Positions 34,740 through 45,797 of a stretch of 64,000 nucleotides of DNA are shown piece after piece. Positions within the stretch are counted from its first letter, which is position 1, and each line of letters starts with the position of its first letter. Made by a program: the position numbers and the translations under genes. The notes beneath the pieces are model-generated. The model saw nothing but the letters and a program-made list of their open reading frames with translations, did no database searches and was not told the origin of the DNA. Origin of the DNA: Candidatus Dormiibacterota bacterium (GTDB taxonomy: Bacteria > Chloroflexota > Dormibacteria > Aeolococcales > Aeolococcaceae); the NCBI GenBank assembly GCA_963718525.1, contig OY970355.1:2144001-2208000 (forward strand), read 5' to 3'.

Positions 34740-35632
34740 CGAAGGATGCCGATGCCGGATCGACGAGCTTTTTCGGCGCTGCGCGCCCGGCTCATGTATG
34801 CGAGCACGAGATCTTCAACTGTCACAGGCCTGACGGTCCAGGTCGGATCCAGGATCGGTTCCGTGGTTCGCACCAGAAGAACGCTCTGCCTGTCGGTATG
34901 GCTCTCCTCGATGACTTCATTGGTCATCGGGAGAGCCGTGAGGTCTCGGCGACGACCGGAGAGCCGGCAGTGCGACGCCAACAGCTCACCGACATCACCT
35001 GCGATCTGAACGTACGAGGAAGCGAGCACGACCATGTAGTCGCACACCCGTGCAAGGTCAGAGACGAGATGTGAGGAAAGCACAACGCTGATTCCGCGCT
35101 CAGCGACGACTGCCATAAGGGTTTGGAGGAAGTCGCGGCGAGCGAGAGGGTCCAAACTGGCCACCGGTTCATCAAGGATGAGGACTTCAGGGCGTTTTGC
35201 GATCGCAAGGGTGAGAGCAAGCTGAGCCCGCTGACCGCCCGAGAGGGTACCTGCATGCTGGCCTGGGTCAAGGCCGAGTTGTTCTATTTGTCGCTCGGCC
35301 AGGGCGCCGTCCCAATTCGGGTTGAGCATGGCTCCCATCCGAAGGTGATCTGCAACGGAAATACCTGCATACGTTGGGGTTACCTGGGCAACGAAACCAA
35401 CCCGTCCGAGTTGGTTTGGACCATCAGCGGGACGACCGCCGAGTACCGCCACCGTGCCAGAAGTCGGAGAAGCGATACCAACCGCTAGGTGCAACAACGT
35501 TGTTTTGCCAGCGCCATTTGGGCCGACAAGGCCGACGACCTTCCCGGCCGGGATCGACAGCGTGCAGTCGCGGAGTGCCCAATGCCGCCGGTAGCGTTTT
35601 CCCAAGCCACTGGTTTCAAGGACAGCCGTCAT
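34736..35632 (-). CDS. ABC transporter ATP-binding protein (YtrB-like)
   Basis: GPNGAGKTT, LSGGQRAQ, LDEPVASLD, SSH. Confidence 0.94.
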   Translation of the reverse strand: MTAVLETSGLGKRYRRHWALRDCTLSIPAGKVVGLVGPNGAGKTTLLHLAVGIASPTSGTVAVLGGRPADGPNQLGRVGFVAQVTPTYAGISVADHLRMGAMLNPNWDGALAERQIEQLGLDPGQHAGTLSGGQRAQLALTLAIAKRPEVLILDEPVASLDPLARRDFLQTLMAVVAERGISVVLSSHLVSDLARVCDYMVVLASSYVQIAGDVGELLASHCRLSGRRRDLTALPMTNEVIEESHTDRQSVLLVRTTEPILDPTWTVRPVTVEDLVLAYMSRARSAEKARRSGIGILR

Positions 35633-36021
35633 GCCACGCCCTCGGCGAAGCTGTCGCGGAAAGCGGTCCGGTATATCGCCTCAATATCGTCTGCATCCAA
35701 GCCCGCTGAGCGTGCCGAGCGCAGCCACTGCGTCATCGAAGCGAGGAGGCGAGCTTGAGTTGCGGGATTGGTGCGGGACAGGGATGCGATCACGAACGTT
35801 CCCTGACCTGGACGAGGCCGTACGAGGCGCTCGCGTTCGAGATCCCGATATGCCTTCAGAACAGTGTTCGGATTGATTGCCAACTGGCTGACGACTTGCT
35901 GAGCCGTCGGCAACTGGTCCCCGGGCTCTAGGAGCCCGAGACGCATGGCCTGATGAACCTGCTGCACCAGCTGCAGATAGGTGGCTACGCCAGAGGTTGT
36001 GTCGAGCTGAAATTGGATCAT
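35629..36021 (-). CDS. GntR family regulator, YtrA subfamily
   Basis: YLQLVQQV, PGDQLP, INPNTVLKAYRDLE, GQGTFV; heads the ABC operon. Confidence 0.92.
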   Translation of the reverse strand: MIQFQLDTTSGVATYLQLVQQVHQAMRLGLLEPGDQLPTAQQVVSQLAINPNTVLKAYRDLERERLVRPRPGQGTFVIASLSRTNPATQARLLASMTQWLRSARSAGLDADDIEAIYRTAFRDSFAEGVA

Positions 36022-36034
36022 AAAACCTTCTTCA

Positions 36035-36048
36035 ACTAATCTCTTAGT
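36035..36048. promoter_or_regulatory. Palindrome ACTAA-TCTC-TTAGT, candidate YtrA-type operator
   Basis: Inverted repeat 14 bp upstream of the GntR start. Confidence 0.45.
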
Positions 36049-36362
36049 GCAAGCGTATCACGGTCGTGGTTTGACGCATGGCACCCCTGCGCCGTCAGCC
36101 CGTGAATGGCGCGTTGCAGACCATGGCGTGAGGGACTTCAGGGGGGCATATCGCGAACTACCTGCACGGGGCCGGATCGATTGCCCTGACTCATCACGGG
36201 CCGCTCATCGCTTGACTCCCCGGTGCTGGCAGATGAATCAGCGACGGCACGAGCAGTGGCCTAGCTTGGGGAAGCGGTGAATCGGATTCGCTCTGGCGCC
36301 GGAATGAGCAAGGACGAACTCAGCGACTGGTTCAATCTCAGGCAGCCATCGCCGGACTAAAG

Positions 36363-36765
36363 TTGGCAGTCGATGCCCGCACCCGCGTCGCCGCGCTAAT
36401 CAGCGGGGTCGCGCGCTCTTTGCGCGCGCTGAACTGCGCTGATGGTAAGCGAGCATGTGGGGCGACCACTCGCGGGCTCGTGCGCCGAGCGACGGTACTC
36501 CAACAGTGTCGGATCAACCGCGGTGGGCGAGCTGCTGGCTGCCGCGAATGATGTCGGCCAGAAGCGTTTCGTGGCTGTGCCTGCTGCCGCCTCCTCTCGC
36601 GCGAAGCGATCGCACCGCCCACCCGTCCGCGACGAAGTGATCAGTCGACGGCCGCATTGGCGCCCGCGACCGATGCGGCAATCCTGCCCAAGCGACCCCG
36701 GCTTCCTGGGCGGCGGAGCCGTGACGTCGGCCTACAAAACGCTGCTGCGGAGCTCCAGCGCGCAC
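36363..36765 (+). pseudogene. Degenerate PIN-domain toxin gene
   Basis: LAVDA N-terminus and ATDAAIL...DPGFLG C-terminus in broken frames; homologous to 54460-54660. Confidence 0.5.
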
Positions 36766-36862
36766 AGAGCCGGGACCCTAATGATGCTCGGTCCTTACCT
36801 CCGCGCACGTATCGTCGTCGCAACATGCAGGCTAGTTCAGCCGTTTCCAACTTATGGGGATC

Positions 36863-36980
36863 GGTCGTCATTCCAACCATCTCCCGACGAAATGACTCTA
36901 AATCGAAGTCAGCACTCATCGAGAATTGAATGCTGGTCTGGGGGGGCCAGGGGTCGCAGGTTCGAGTCCTGTCTCCCCGA
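36863..36980 (+). repeat. att repeat 1: conserved arm plus tRNA-Pro 3' half (36933-36980; one extra G and an A>G change in the anticodon arm)
   Basis: CTGGTCTGGGGGGGCCAGGGGTCGCAGGTTCGAGTCCTGTCTCCCCGA. Confidence 0.95.
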
Positions 36981-37109
36981 CGGACGCGCAATGCCTCATT
37001 TCGCGACAAGCGGTTGTGCTGTTCGGCATGAGCGACACCGAGCGGCGAAAGACGACAGAGCCTCAGGAGTTGGCAGTTCGGCGTTTCGCTACGCTCCCCG
37101 TATGGGTCG

Positions 37110-37796
37110 ATGCGCGTAAATCCTGATCCCATGGTTGGGTTGACGTGGACGGACGACATCGTCGCGCGTTCGGCGGCCCCCGGCGAGAACGCCCTGCTCT
37201 ACCTCAGCCTGCTGAGCTCTGCTGGCCTCGTGCCCGTCCTGATCACGCCGAAATCATCGACGACGGTCCTTGCCCGCCTTGACGGTCTCGTCGTACCCGG
37301 CGGCCCCGACATTGCACCAGCTCGGTATGGACAGGAGCCGGGACCGCACACGGAGACCTCCATCGAGGACCTGGACGCGCTCGAACTCGAGATCGTGACG
37401 GCAGCTCGTGCTCGCAACCTTCCGATGCTCGGGATATGCCGAGGGCAGCAGGTGCTGAACGTCGCGCTGGGCGGAACGCTACACCAGCACGTCGACCATC
37501 CCCGGTGGGGCGCGGACCCTGCAGCGCCGATTCACGAAGTGCAGATTCTTGAGGACACTTACCTGCGACACATCCTTCGTGTAGACGTAGCAGCGGTGAA
37601 TAGTGGCCACCACCAGGCTGTGGACCGCCTGGCACCATCCCTACACCCGGCCGCCGTCAGCAGTGACGGGTGCGTCGAAGCCCTCGAGGCTCCGGATTTG
37701 CTGCTCCTGGCTGTGCAATGGCACCCCGAAGAGATGCCCGAAGCGCAGAGCTCTCGCCGGCTCGTCGAAGGATTCGCACGATGGATCAAGGGCTGA
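37110..37796 (+). CDS. Gamma-glutamyl-gamma-aminobutyrate hydrolase family (peptidase C26, class I GATase)
   Basis: GGPDIAP, LGICRGQQ, VNSGHHQAV, VQWHPE. Confidence 0.93.
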   Translation: MRVNPDPMVGLTWTDDIVARSAAPGENALLYLSLLSSAGLVPVLITPKSSTTVLARLDGLVVPGGPDIAPARYGQEPGPHTETSIEDLDALELEIVTAARARNLPMLGICRGQQVLNVALGGTLHQHVDHPRWGADPAAPIHEVQILEDTYLRHILRVDVAAVNSGHHQAVDRLAPSLHPAAVSSDGCVEALEAPDLLLLAVQWHPEEMPEAQSSRRLVEGFARWIKG

Positions 37797-38072
37797 CGCA
37801 AGGTCCTGGTTGATGTTCTGTCCTGCAAAACCACTTGTGATTCCAACGCGGAGTTGTCTCTGCAGGTAGGTAGCGTCAAGGCGCCGTCGTGTCGGCCGGC
37901 AGAGGCTCTCCGCGCTTCTCGATCATTGCGAGCTGATACGCGCGGCTAAGCAGATCGAGGTGCATGAACCGCCGCGGGTTTCATAGAGGCGCTGGGGAGT
38001 CCCGACTTCGGTGGAGTCGCGTGCTTGATCCTTTGCCCTCCCAACGGTAAGACTTCGTGTTATCGTCTGCTT

Positions 38073-38333
38073 GTGCGAACGACCGGGACCGTGACGATCT
38101 CTTTGTCGCCAGAGCTCGCGGTCGAAGTCGATCGCCTGGCGCACCAGGAGGGTCGGACACGCAGCGAACTTTTGCGCGAAGCGTTTCGCCAGTATGCGGA
38201 GCGACGCAGACGATGGGACCAGCTTTTTGCGTATGGAGAAGGACGAGCGGCGGCCGGCGCCCTGACTGAAGACACAGTCGCTGCCGCGGTGAAGTCGCGT
38301 CGTCGCCTATCTCGCCGCAAGCTAACACGCTGA
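38073..38333 (+). CDS. Ribbon-helix-helix (CopG) antitoxin
   Basis: TVTISLSPELAVEVDRLA...RTRSELLREAFRQY; abuts the PIN gene. Confidence 0.88.
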   Translation: MRTTGTVTISLSPELAVEVDRLAHQEGRTRSELLREAFRQYAERRRRWDQLFAYGEGRAAAGALTEDTVAAAVKSRRRLSRRKLTR

Positions 38334-38732
38334 GTGCGGATTGTCCTCGACACCAATGTGCTGGCTTCGGCGCTCCACTTTGATGGGCGACCGCGACGCC
38401 TCCTCGAGGACATCCTCCGTGGTGATCACCTGCTGATCATCGGTCCCGCGATCCTCGGCGAGCTTGAGGCTGTACTCGTGAAGACCTGTGGCTGGACAAG
38501 CGATCGGGCTGCCGCGGTGCGAGCCGAGCTCGAGGCGATCGCCGAGGTGGTGACGCCGGTCGAGATCCCCCGCCTCTGCCGGGATCCTGATGACGATCAG
38601 GTCCTTGCCATCGCGGTCGTCGGAGCGGTGGATGCACTTGTTACGGGGGACGGCGATCTGCTCGCGCTCGGCGCGCCCCGCGGTGTGAACATCATGTCAG
38701 TCGCCGACTTCGACGTTCTCGCGAGGGACTGA
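38334..38732 (+). CDS. PIN-domain toxin (VapC-like)
   Basis: IVLDTNVLASA, E.L, CRDPDDDQVL, LVTGDGDLL. Confidence 0.92.
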   Translation: MRIVLDTNVLASALHFDGRPRRLLEDILRGDHLLIIGPAILGELEAVLVKTCGWTSDRAAAVRAELEAIAEVVTPVEIPRLCRDPDDDQVLAIAVVGAVDALVTGDGDLLALGAPRGVNIMSVADFDVLARD

Positions 38733-38809
38733 GAAAGGTAGTCCACCGCGTATCCAACACCACGCCTCAAGTCCACAGTGTTCCAACGGATTCCATCACC
38801 CGTGCACTC

Positions 38810-38925
38810 GTCCTGACTCCAACCATTTCGCGACGAATGCCCTCAAACTCGAACTCAATCTGAATCGGGAGACGAGGACTAATCTGGGGGACCAGGGGTC
38901 GCAGGTTCGAGTCCTGTCTCCCCGA
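38810..38925 (+). repeat. att repeat 2: conserved arm plus tRNA-Pro 3' half (identity from 38883)
   Basis: TCTGGGGGACCAGGGGTCGCAGGTTCGAGTCCTGTCTCCCCGA identical to the tRNA. Confidence 0.95.
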
Positions 38926-39128
38926 CGGACGCGCAATTTGAGTTCGCAGCAAGCGGTTGTGCGATGTGTGGGGCGCCCATTGGCCGACGGGGTGTGGTGG
39001 TCTAACCAGGAATTATCACTTTTCCTGCAAAAGGCATCAATCCCTACAGTTGGTGCCGGATACCGCGCTCATAGCAAGAGATTCTGGCAGGCAAGCGCAT
39101 ACACAGCGCTTACAGTTTCATCGGGGTG

Positions 39129-40527
39129 GGGTCAAGTCCCCGGTAGTGGTGTGAATTCGGTGGAGTTCTCACAACGTCGGTGAACTACGCGACCAGTCCC
39201 TCCGTGAGTGGGTTGGTGAGCAAGGGCGGACCGTCGGGGTGCAAAACGCGAGCCATCGACTGCTGACTGAAGTGACGGCGGCCGTCCTGCCACTCGTCGT
39301 GCTGGTCCTGGAGCACCGCGGTGAACAGCCGCAGCAGTGAGGCGCTGTTGGGGAAGATGCCCACCACCTTGGCGCGACGATCGAGCTCGGCGTTGACGCG
39401 CTCGATGGCATTGGTCGAAGAGATCGAGCGCCAGTGGTCGACCGGGAAGTCCAGATAGGCGAGCACATCGGCCTCAGCGGCGCGGAGCTTGGCAGCCACA
39501 GTTGGGAAGCGTGGCTCCAAGACGCTGAGCGCGTGGTTCACGGCGTCACGGGAAGTCTCGCGAGTGGGCTGCAGGAAGATCGACTTCACCACCGCGAGCA
39601 CCGCCGGCGCGTGCAGCTTGGGGACCGCGCTGGCCACGTTGCGGAGGAAGTGCACCTTGCAGCGCTGCCAGGTCGCGCCGGCGAACACCTGGGACAAGGC
39701 ACTGCGCAGCCCTTCGTGGGCGTCGGAGATGACCAGCTGTACGCCGCTCAGCCCGCGCCGGGCCAGGCTGCGGCAGAACTCCAGCCAGAAGGCCTCGGTC
39801 TCGCTGGCACCAATGGCGAGGCCGAGCACGCTCTTCTCGCCGGTGTCGCGCACGCCCACCGCCACCACCGCCGCCTGGCTGACGATGCGGGCGCCCTGAC
39901 GCACCTTCTCGTACGTGGCGTCGAACCACACGTACGGGTACGGCTCATCGAGGGGGCGCTCCCGGAACTCGGCGAGCTCCTCGTCGAGCAGGGCGCAGAT
40001 CCTGCTCACCTCGCTGCGACTGATGCTGCAGCCGCCCAGCGCAGCCATGAGATCGTCGACCTTGCGAGTGCTGATGCCGAGCACGTAGGCCTCCTGGACC
40101 GCCGCCAGCAGGGCCCGATCAATACGCCGTCGCGGCTCGAGCAAGGTCGGGAAGAAGCTCCCCGTGCGCAGCCTGGGGATCTGCAGCTCGAGGCGTCCCG
40201 AGCCGGTGTCGAGGATCCGCTCCCGATAGCCGTTGCGGTACGTGGTGCGCGTTGAAGCTCGCTCGTGCGGGCCGGCGCCGATCTGGGTGGACGCCTCGGC
40301 TTCGATCAAGCGCTGCATAGCGTGTTCGAGGACGCGCCGCAACACGTCCGTGTCTGCGCCCTGGAGTTGCTCGAGCAGTGCCGGGGGCATCATCCTGTTC
40401 TGGGCCATCGTGGGTCTCCTGGTTTGGGTAAGAGCTTCCAAGAGAACTCCGCGGTGGCCTTCTTTGTCTACCTCGTCGGCAGCGCTGGGGTCACCCCGGA
40501 TTTACACCACACTACGGGACATCACTC
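39129..40527 (-). mobile_element. IS256 family insertion sequence
   Basis: Imperfect terminal IRs GGGTCAAGTCCCCGGTAGTGGTGTGAAT / GAGTGATGTCCCGTAGTGTGGTGTAAAT flank the transposase; no target duplication seen. Confidence 0.88.
39185..40408 (-). CDS. IS256 family (mutator) transposase
   Basis: YRNGYR, GISTRKV, YVWFDATY, LVISDAHEGL, WQRCKVHFLRN, STNAIERVN. Confidence 0.97.
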   Translation of the reverse strand: MAQNRMMPPALLEQLQGADTDVLRRVLEHAMQRLIEAEASTQIGAGPHERASTRTTYRNGYRERILDTGSGRLELQIPRLRTGSFFPTLLEPRRRIDRALLAAVQEAYVLGISTRKVDDLMAALGGCSISRSEVSRICALLDEELAEFRERPLDEPYPYVWFDATYEKVRQGARIVSQAAVVAVGVRDTGEKSVLGLAIGASETEAFWLEFCRSLARRGLSGVQLVISDAHEGLRSALSQVFAGATWQRCKVHFLRNVASAVPKLHAPAVLAVVKSIFLQPTRETSRDAVNHALSVLEPRFPTVAAKLRAAEADVLAYLDFPVDHWRSISSTNAIERVNAELDRRAKVVGIFPNSASLLRLFTAVLQDQHDEWQDGRRHFSQQSMARVLHPDGPPLLTNPLTEGLVA

Positions 40528-40543
40528 AACGCGCTCGCCTCGT

Positions 40544-40666
40544 TGTAGAGGTCCGGTAGATACTTGCCACCGCAGGTCAACGAGGTGCTTGACGGCGCGC
40601 AGCGCGTCCGCCTAGTGCTTGACACAGCCGGCCTCCCTCCAGTCCGCTGGGACTGAGCGCCATCGG
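40544..40666 (+). mobile_element. Remnant IS481-like left end (copy in unit 3)
   Basis: TGT terminus and RTRCTTG-type repeats; homologous to 44459-44590. Confidence 0.5.
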
Positions 40667-40856
40667 GTTCTTTGAAGTACAGCCGTAGGAGCATCTCGAC
40701 CTCGTTGATCCGAGCTCCTCTCGCGTGGTGAAACTCCCGAACTCGAAAGTCGTGCTGGCACCCTCCGCGTTCGCATGCTGGCAGCCTCCCGGTCCCCAGG
40801 ATCGCGGACTACATTGGCTGCGGAAGATCGAAGACTACTCTCACATAGAGGTGACC

Positions 40857-41321
40857 ATGAACGAGTTTGACATCGTGACTGTCATTGACCGGCCCGCGGA
40901 TCAAGTCTTTGCGTTTCTCGTGGACGTCGACAAGGCTGCTGACTGGAATCCCCAAGTGATCGAGGCGCGGCAGACGAGCGATGGACCGCTCGGCGTGGGC
41001 AGCAGACTTCTATATGTTGGAAGGTTCCTGGGACGCCGTTTCGAATCGGTCTCGGAATGTACTGACTACACCCCCAACGAAAGGTTCAGTACCAAGACGA
41101 CCTCCGGACCTTTCCACCTCGAAATCGACAACACTCTGAGTTCTGTCGATGGCGGAACCAGGCTGGCAACCGTCTATCGGGGCGAGAGTCGGGGCTTTTT
41201 CAAGCTGGCGGAGCCGGTCGTCGTGCGCTTGACCAAGAAACAGTTCGAAACCGCGACAGAGAACTTGAAGGCGCTGATTGAGACCGAGGCCACGGAAACG
41301 ATCCACGAGCTTTCGCGATAG
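40857..41321 (+). CDS. SRPBCC / polyketide cyclase family protein
   Basis: IDRPADQVFAFL.D...W.P, GPLGVGS, GGTRL, LKALIE. Confidence 0.88.
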   Translation: MNEFDIVTVIDRPADQVFAFLVDVDKAADWNPQVIEARQTSDGPLGVGSRLLYVGRFLGRRFESVSECTDYTPNERFSTKTTSGPFHLEIDNTLSSVDGGTRLATVYRGESRGFFKLAEPVVVRLTKKQFETATENLKALIETEATETIHELSR

Positions 41322-41882
41322 CCACTGGGTCTGCCCCTAAGCTGACACCCGCTCATTGGGGCGCCCGTCGCGGCGCACGAGTGGATAGCCTTACAGAGCC
41401 GTTGTGCCTACGGAGCATGTGCCGCGCGAGTCGGCACCACGCAAATGCACGAGGTTCTCGGTGGTCGTCACTGGTCCTGAACCGGCTTTCGAGGAAGGCC
41501 GAGGGCATTGGCGGGGTCTCGAGGTCGGCGGGACCCCATAAGGATGGCAACACCCCGGACGTCGTGGTGGCAGCCCCATTCCCCTCGCCGGGTGCCTGAC
41601 TAAAGTGGAGGAGTGCGCCGGGAACCAGTGCCTTGGATTCGTCGCTATCGTCGCGACCGGCGGCAACGACTGCGAGATCATTTGATGCACCCGCCGGTCA
41701 ACAGCGCCCTGAGATCGGCGTGACCGAGTTCTGGCTTCCGACCCGACTTGCGCCACGAAAGCATCCGAGCCAGTTCAGTCGTCCGTGGCGGCAGCTGGAG
41801 ATCAACGTGGTAGCCCTCCGCCTGCATCACGAGCCCGAATTCTCACCGCCGTCAACCGAGCGTGCCCGAAGTCGATGACCAC

Positions 41883-44012
41883 ATGAGCTCGCGCACTGCG
41901 ACACGACTGTCCTGGGGGATCGGCGGCGTCTGTCTGGTCCTTCTCACCCTCAGCCTCGTGCTGTTGGCGCTCGACTGGAAAGCGATCGACTCGCCGGGGA
42001 CCGCACAGCTCCCATACTTCATCGCCGCGCCCATCATCGGAGTCCTCGGTGTGCTGATCGCGGCCCGCCGCCCGAACCATCCGATCGGTTGGTTGCTTCT
42101 CGCGATCGCCGCCAGCAACGCGATCTCGCTGACTGCCAACTTCGTCGCCATCCGCGGGATATTGAGCGACGCCTCACTCTACGGCTGGGTGGGGTGGGCA
42201 GCCTGGGTGTACAACATCACAGGAGCGATTGGGGCGCTCTTGATCGCTTTTCTTATCCTCGTCTTCCCCGACGGTTGGCTGCTTCCAGGCCGGCGGTGGC
42301 GCTGGGCTGTTTGGGTGGTATCGACCGCGGCGGCCGTAGCACTTCTTGCGTCGTCAATCGCCGTGACGTCCCAGCAGTTGTCTCCACGCCTCCCCAGCGT
42401 TCCTAACCCGGTGGCAGTGGACGCGCTCAACAACGTCACAAGCGGCAACGGACCGATCAACGTCGGCGTCCTCCTATTGCTCGTTACCGTTCTGGCCGCG
42501 GTGGTGGTGCGCCTCCGCCGCTCTCGGGGCGTGGAACGTATTCAAATGCGCTGGTTCGCATACGTCGCGGCGGCGTCCGTCCTTGTCATCGTCGCCGGAT
42601 TCTTCCTGAACAATGCCAACGCGACGCTCGGCAACAACATCAGTAATGCCGGATTCGGTTTCGGGTTCTATCTGCTCGTGCCCGCGACGATCGGGCTCGC
42701 CATCATCAGGTACGGGCTCTACGACCTAGACGTCTTCATCAGCCGGACGCTGGTCTACGGGTCGCTGGCGGTGTTCATCACGGCGGTCTATGTGGGCATC
42801 GCGGTGGGGGTCGGGGCGCTAGTGGGGAGCGGCGGCAAGCCCAACCTAGCGTTGTCGATCCTGGCCACGGCGATCGTGGCGATCGGTTTCCAGCCGGTGC
42901 GTGAGCGGGTCCAGAAGGTCGCCAACCGTTTGGTGTATGGCAAGCGGGCGACGCCCTACGAGGTGTTGAGCGAGTTCTCGGGACGGGTGGCGGAGACGTA
43001 TGCGGCGGATGAGGTGCTGCCCCGGATGGCGCAGGTACTTCAGGAAGGAACGGGAGCGGAATCGGCGACGGTATGGCTGCGCGGGACGGAGGAACTGCGG
43101 CCCGCGGCAACGTTTCCGAACGGAGTGGGAACCCACGTTGCAGTGCCGATGCGCAACGGAACGCTGCCCGCCCTAGAGGAGGCCACCCTAGCGGTTGAGG
43201 TTCGCCATCAAGGCGAACTGCTTGGCGCTCTGAGCGTGACCAAGCGCCGTGGCGAGGCGCTGACGCCGATCGAGCAGAAGCTCGTCGACGACCTCGCGCA
43301 TCAGGCGGGGCTGGTGCTCAAGAACGTGGGTCTGAGCGCCGACCTGCAGACGCGGCTCGATGAATTGCGCGCCTCGCGACAGCGCTTGGTGAGCGCTCAG
43401 GACGTGGAGCGGCGCCGTCTGGAGCGCAACCTCCACGACGGCGCCCAGCAGCATCTGGTCGCCTTGAAAGTGAAACTGGGACTGGCGGAGTTGCTCCTGG
43501 CACGGGATCCCGAGAAGGCTGCCGTGACCCTAGAGCAGCTCAAGAGCGACGCCGACGAAGCCCTGGAGGCGCTGCGCGACCTGGCCCGAGGGATCTACCC
43601 CCCGCTGCTCGCCGACAAGGGTCTGGTGGTTGCCCTCGAATCCCAGGCGCGCAAGGCGACGGTGCCAGTGCGCGTGGAATCGGCGGGGGTCGCGCGCTAC
43701 GCGCAGGACGTCGAGGCGACGGTGTATTTCTGCGTGCTCGAAGCGCTGCAGAACGTGCAGAAATATGCGGGGGCATCTCAGGTTGTGGTGCGCCTGCGTG
43801 CTGGCACCGATCCCGCCACTTTGACCTTCGAGGTGGAGGATGACGGCACGGGATTCGAGACCGCGACCGCCCGCAAGGGTGCTGGGCTCACCAACATGAA
43901 CGATCGGGTGGACGCGCTCGGCGGTCAGGTGCAGGTGATCTCTCGCCCAGGTGCTGGGACTACCGTGTCCGGCGATTTGCCGCTGCAAGAACCCGTCGCG
44001 GCAGTGACCTAA
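41883..44012 (+). CDS. Membrane sensor histidine kinase (multi-TM + GAF-like + HisKA_3 + HATPase)
   Basis: ERRRLERNLHDGAQQHL, EALQNVQKYA, VEDDGTGF, GAGLTNM.DRV.ALGG. Confidence 0.95.
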   Translation: MSSRTATRLSWGIGGVCLVLLTLSLVLLALDWKAIDSPGTAQLPYFIAAPIIGVLGVLIAARRPNHPIGWLLLAIAASNAISLTANFVAIRGILSDASLYGWVGWAAWVYNITGAIGALLIAFLILVFPDGWLLPGRRWRWAVWVVSTAAAVALLASSIAVTSQQLSPRLPSVPNPVAVDALNNVTSGNGPINVGVLLLLVTVLAAVVVRLRRSRGVERIQMRWFAYVAAASVLVIVAGFFLNNANATLGNNISNAGFGFGFYLLVPATIGLAIIRYGLYDLDVFISRTLVYGSLAVFITAVYVGIAVGVGALVGSGGKPNLALSILATAIVAIGFQPVRERVQKVANRLVYGKRATPYEVLSEFSGRVAETYAADEVLPRMAQVLQEGTGAESATVWLRGTEELRPAATFPNGVGTHVAVPMRNGTLPALEEATLAVEVRHQGELLGALSVTKRRGEALTPIEQKLVDDLAHQAGLVLKNVGLSADLQTRLDELRASRQRLVSAQDVERRRLERNLHDGAQQHLVALKVKLGLAELLLARDPEKAAVTLEQLKSDADEALEALRDLARGIYPPLLADKGLVVALESQARKATVPVRVESAGVARYAQDVEATVYFCVLEALQNVQKYAGASQVVVRLRAGTDPATLTFEVEDDGTGFETATARKGAGLTNMNDRVDALGGQVQVISRPGAGTTVSGDLPLQEPVAAVT

Positions 44013-44132
44013 CGATTACGTCGTCCCTCGACGTTCTGGCGCCCAACGCAAGGAGGGCGTAAGGTGAGCGTCGCTCCTAGGAAGCCGGTGGATGTCGACG
44101 CGATTCCAATGGAATCCAATCATCACGCTCTA

Positions 44133-44248
44133 GTCATCATTCCAACCAATTCGCCACGAAACCACTCAAAGTCGAACTCACCCCGCATCGGGAAATAAGT
44201 GCTGGTCTGGGGGACCAGGGGTCGCAGGTTCGAGTCCTGTCTCCCCGA
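44133..44248 (+). repeat. att repeat 3: conserved arm plus tRNA-Pro 3' half (44202-44248)
   Basis: CTGGTCTGGGGGACCAGGGGTCGCAGGTTCGAGTCCTGTCTCCCCGA, 47/47 identical to the tRNA. Confidence 0.96.
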
Positions 44249-44458
44249 CGGACGCGCAAGTTGAATTCACAGCGAGCGGTTGCGCGGTGCGTTAGGCCCC
44301 AGCGGCGAACGGGGTGTAGTGCTCTAACCAGGAATGATGACTTTTCCTGCAGAAGGCATCATTCCCCGCGGTTGAGGCCGGATGCCGCTGCTCATATGAA
44401 GAGATTGTGGCAGTCCAGCGCATACATATCGCTTACAGTTTGGAAGGCCTCGACCCGC

Positions 44459-44653
44459 TGTGAAAGTCCGGCAGATACTTGACATCGCAGGTCCAAGAGA
44501 TGCTTGACGGTGTGCGGCGCGTCCGCCTGATGCTTGACACAACCGACCTCCCTCCGGTCCGCTCGTCCGCAAGGACTGAGCGCCATCGGAGGGACCAGGT
44601 TCGTGCTTGTGGAGTTGAACGTGGTGGAACAGCGCTACCGGGTCGTCCTGGAG
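44459..44653 (+). mobile_element. Remnant IS481-like left end with the first codons of a transposase
   Basis: TGT terminus; GATRCTTGAC repeats at 44474, 44499 and 44529; GGAGG then GTG-LVELNVVEQRYRVVLE. Confidence 0.6.
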
Positions 44654-44768
44654 ACCTATCTCGGTGTCGCCGCGCGACTCCCGAGACTCAATGGCCAAGC
44701 TCTTGTTCTATGGGATCGGGAGACATCAAGCTGATTGAGTCCGGTGGCTCGAAGAGCCGCTACCTAGA

Positions 44769-45797
44769 TGTAGTGCCCATAGAGGTTGTTGACAAAGAGA
44801 GAGCCCCGCGGCTGAGTTTGGGTTGTTGAAATCCACCCAGACGGAGGCTCTCCGGTGTCCCATCCTAAGGCGGTACTCACCCCAGTAGGCAGGCTGATTC
44901 TGGTTCAGCGAATTGCCCAAGGACGTCCCGCGGCGCACGTCGCCGGCGAGATGGGCGTGTCCCGGGCGACGGCGTACAAGTGGTGGCATCGGTACGTCCG
45001 AGAGGGCGAGGCGGGTCTGCTCGATCGGAGCTCCCGGCCGCTGCGCAGCCCACGGCGGACATCGGCGCGGGTGGAGCGCCGGATCGAGGCTTTGCGACGC
45101 CGCACCAAGCTCGGTCCAGTCCGGATCGCCGTCCGCCTGCAGATGCCGGCCTCGACCGTCCATCGCGTGTTGGTGCGCCGGCAGTTGAATCGGCTGAGTT
45201 GGATGGATCGACCCACGGGACGCGTGATTCGTCGCTACGAGCACGAACACCCGGGCGACCTGGTCCACGTCGATGTCAAGAAGCTGGGGCGGATCCCGCC
45301 CGGCGGTGGCTGGCGTGTGCACGGGCGCCTCGGACATCCCTCCACCGGTGTCGGCTACGACTACATCCACTCCGCGGTGGACGATCACTCACGGCTTGCC
45401 TACTCGGAGATCTGCAGCGACGAAAAAGGTCCGACTGCCGCTGCATTCTGGGTTCGTGCCACGGGGTTCTTCGCGGCCCACGGCATCGCGGTGCAACGTG
45501 TGCTCACCGACAACGCCTTCGCCTACCGGAACTCCGTCATCTTCCGAGCCGCGGTGCTCCAAAGTGGCGCGGTGCAGCGCTTCACGCAGCCGCGCCGGCC
45601 TCAGACCAACGGCAAGGTCGAGCGCTTCAACCGGACCTTGCTTGAAGAATGGGCATACGTTCGACCCTATGCCTCAAATCAGCGACGCGCCCAGGCCTTG
45701 ACGACCTGGCTGCACATCTACAACCATCACCGTGCCCACACCAGTCTCGGTCAGCTCCCACCCATCTCACGCCTCAACAACGTGTCTGGGCATTACA
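44769..45797 (+). mobile_element. IS481 family insertion sequence with 6-bp target duplication CCTAGA
   Basis: IRs TGTAGTGCCCATAGAGGTTGTTGA / TGTAATGCCCAGACACGTTGTTGA; CCTAGA at 44763-44768 and 45798-45803. Confidence 0.95.
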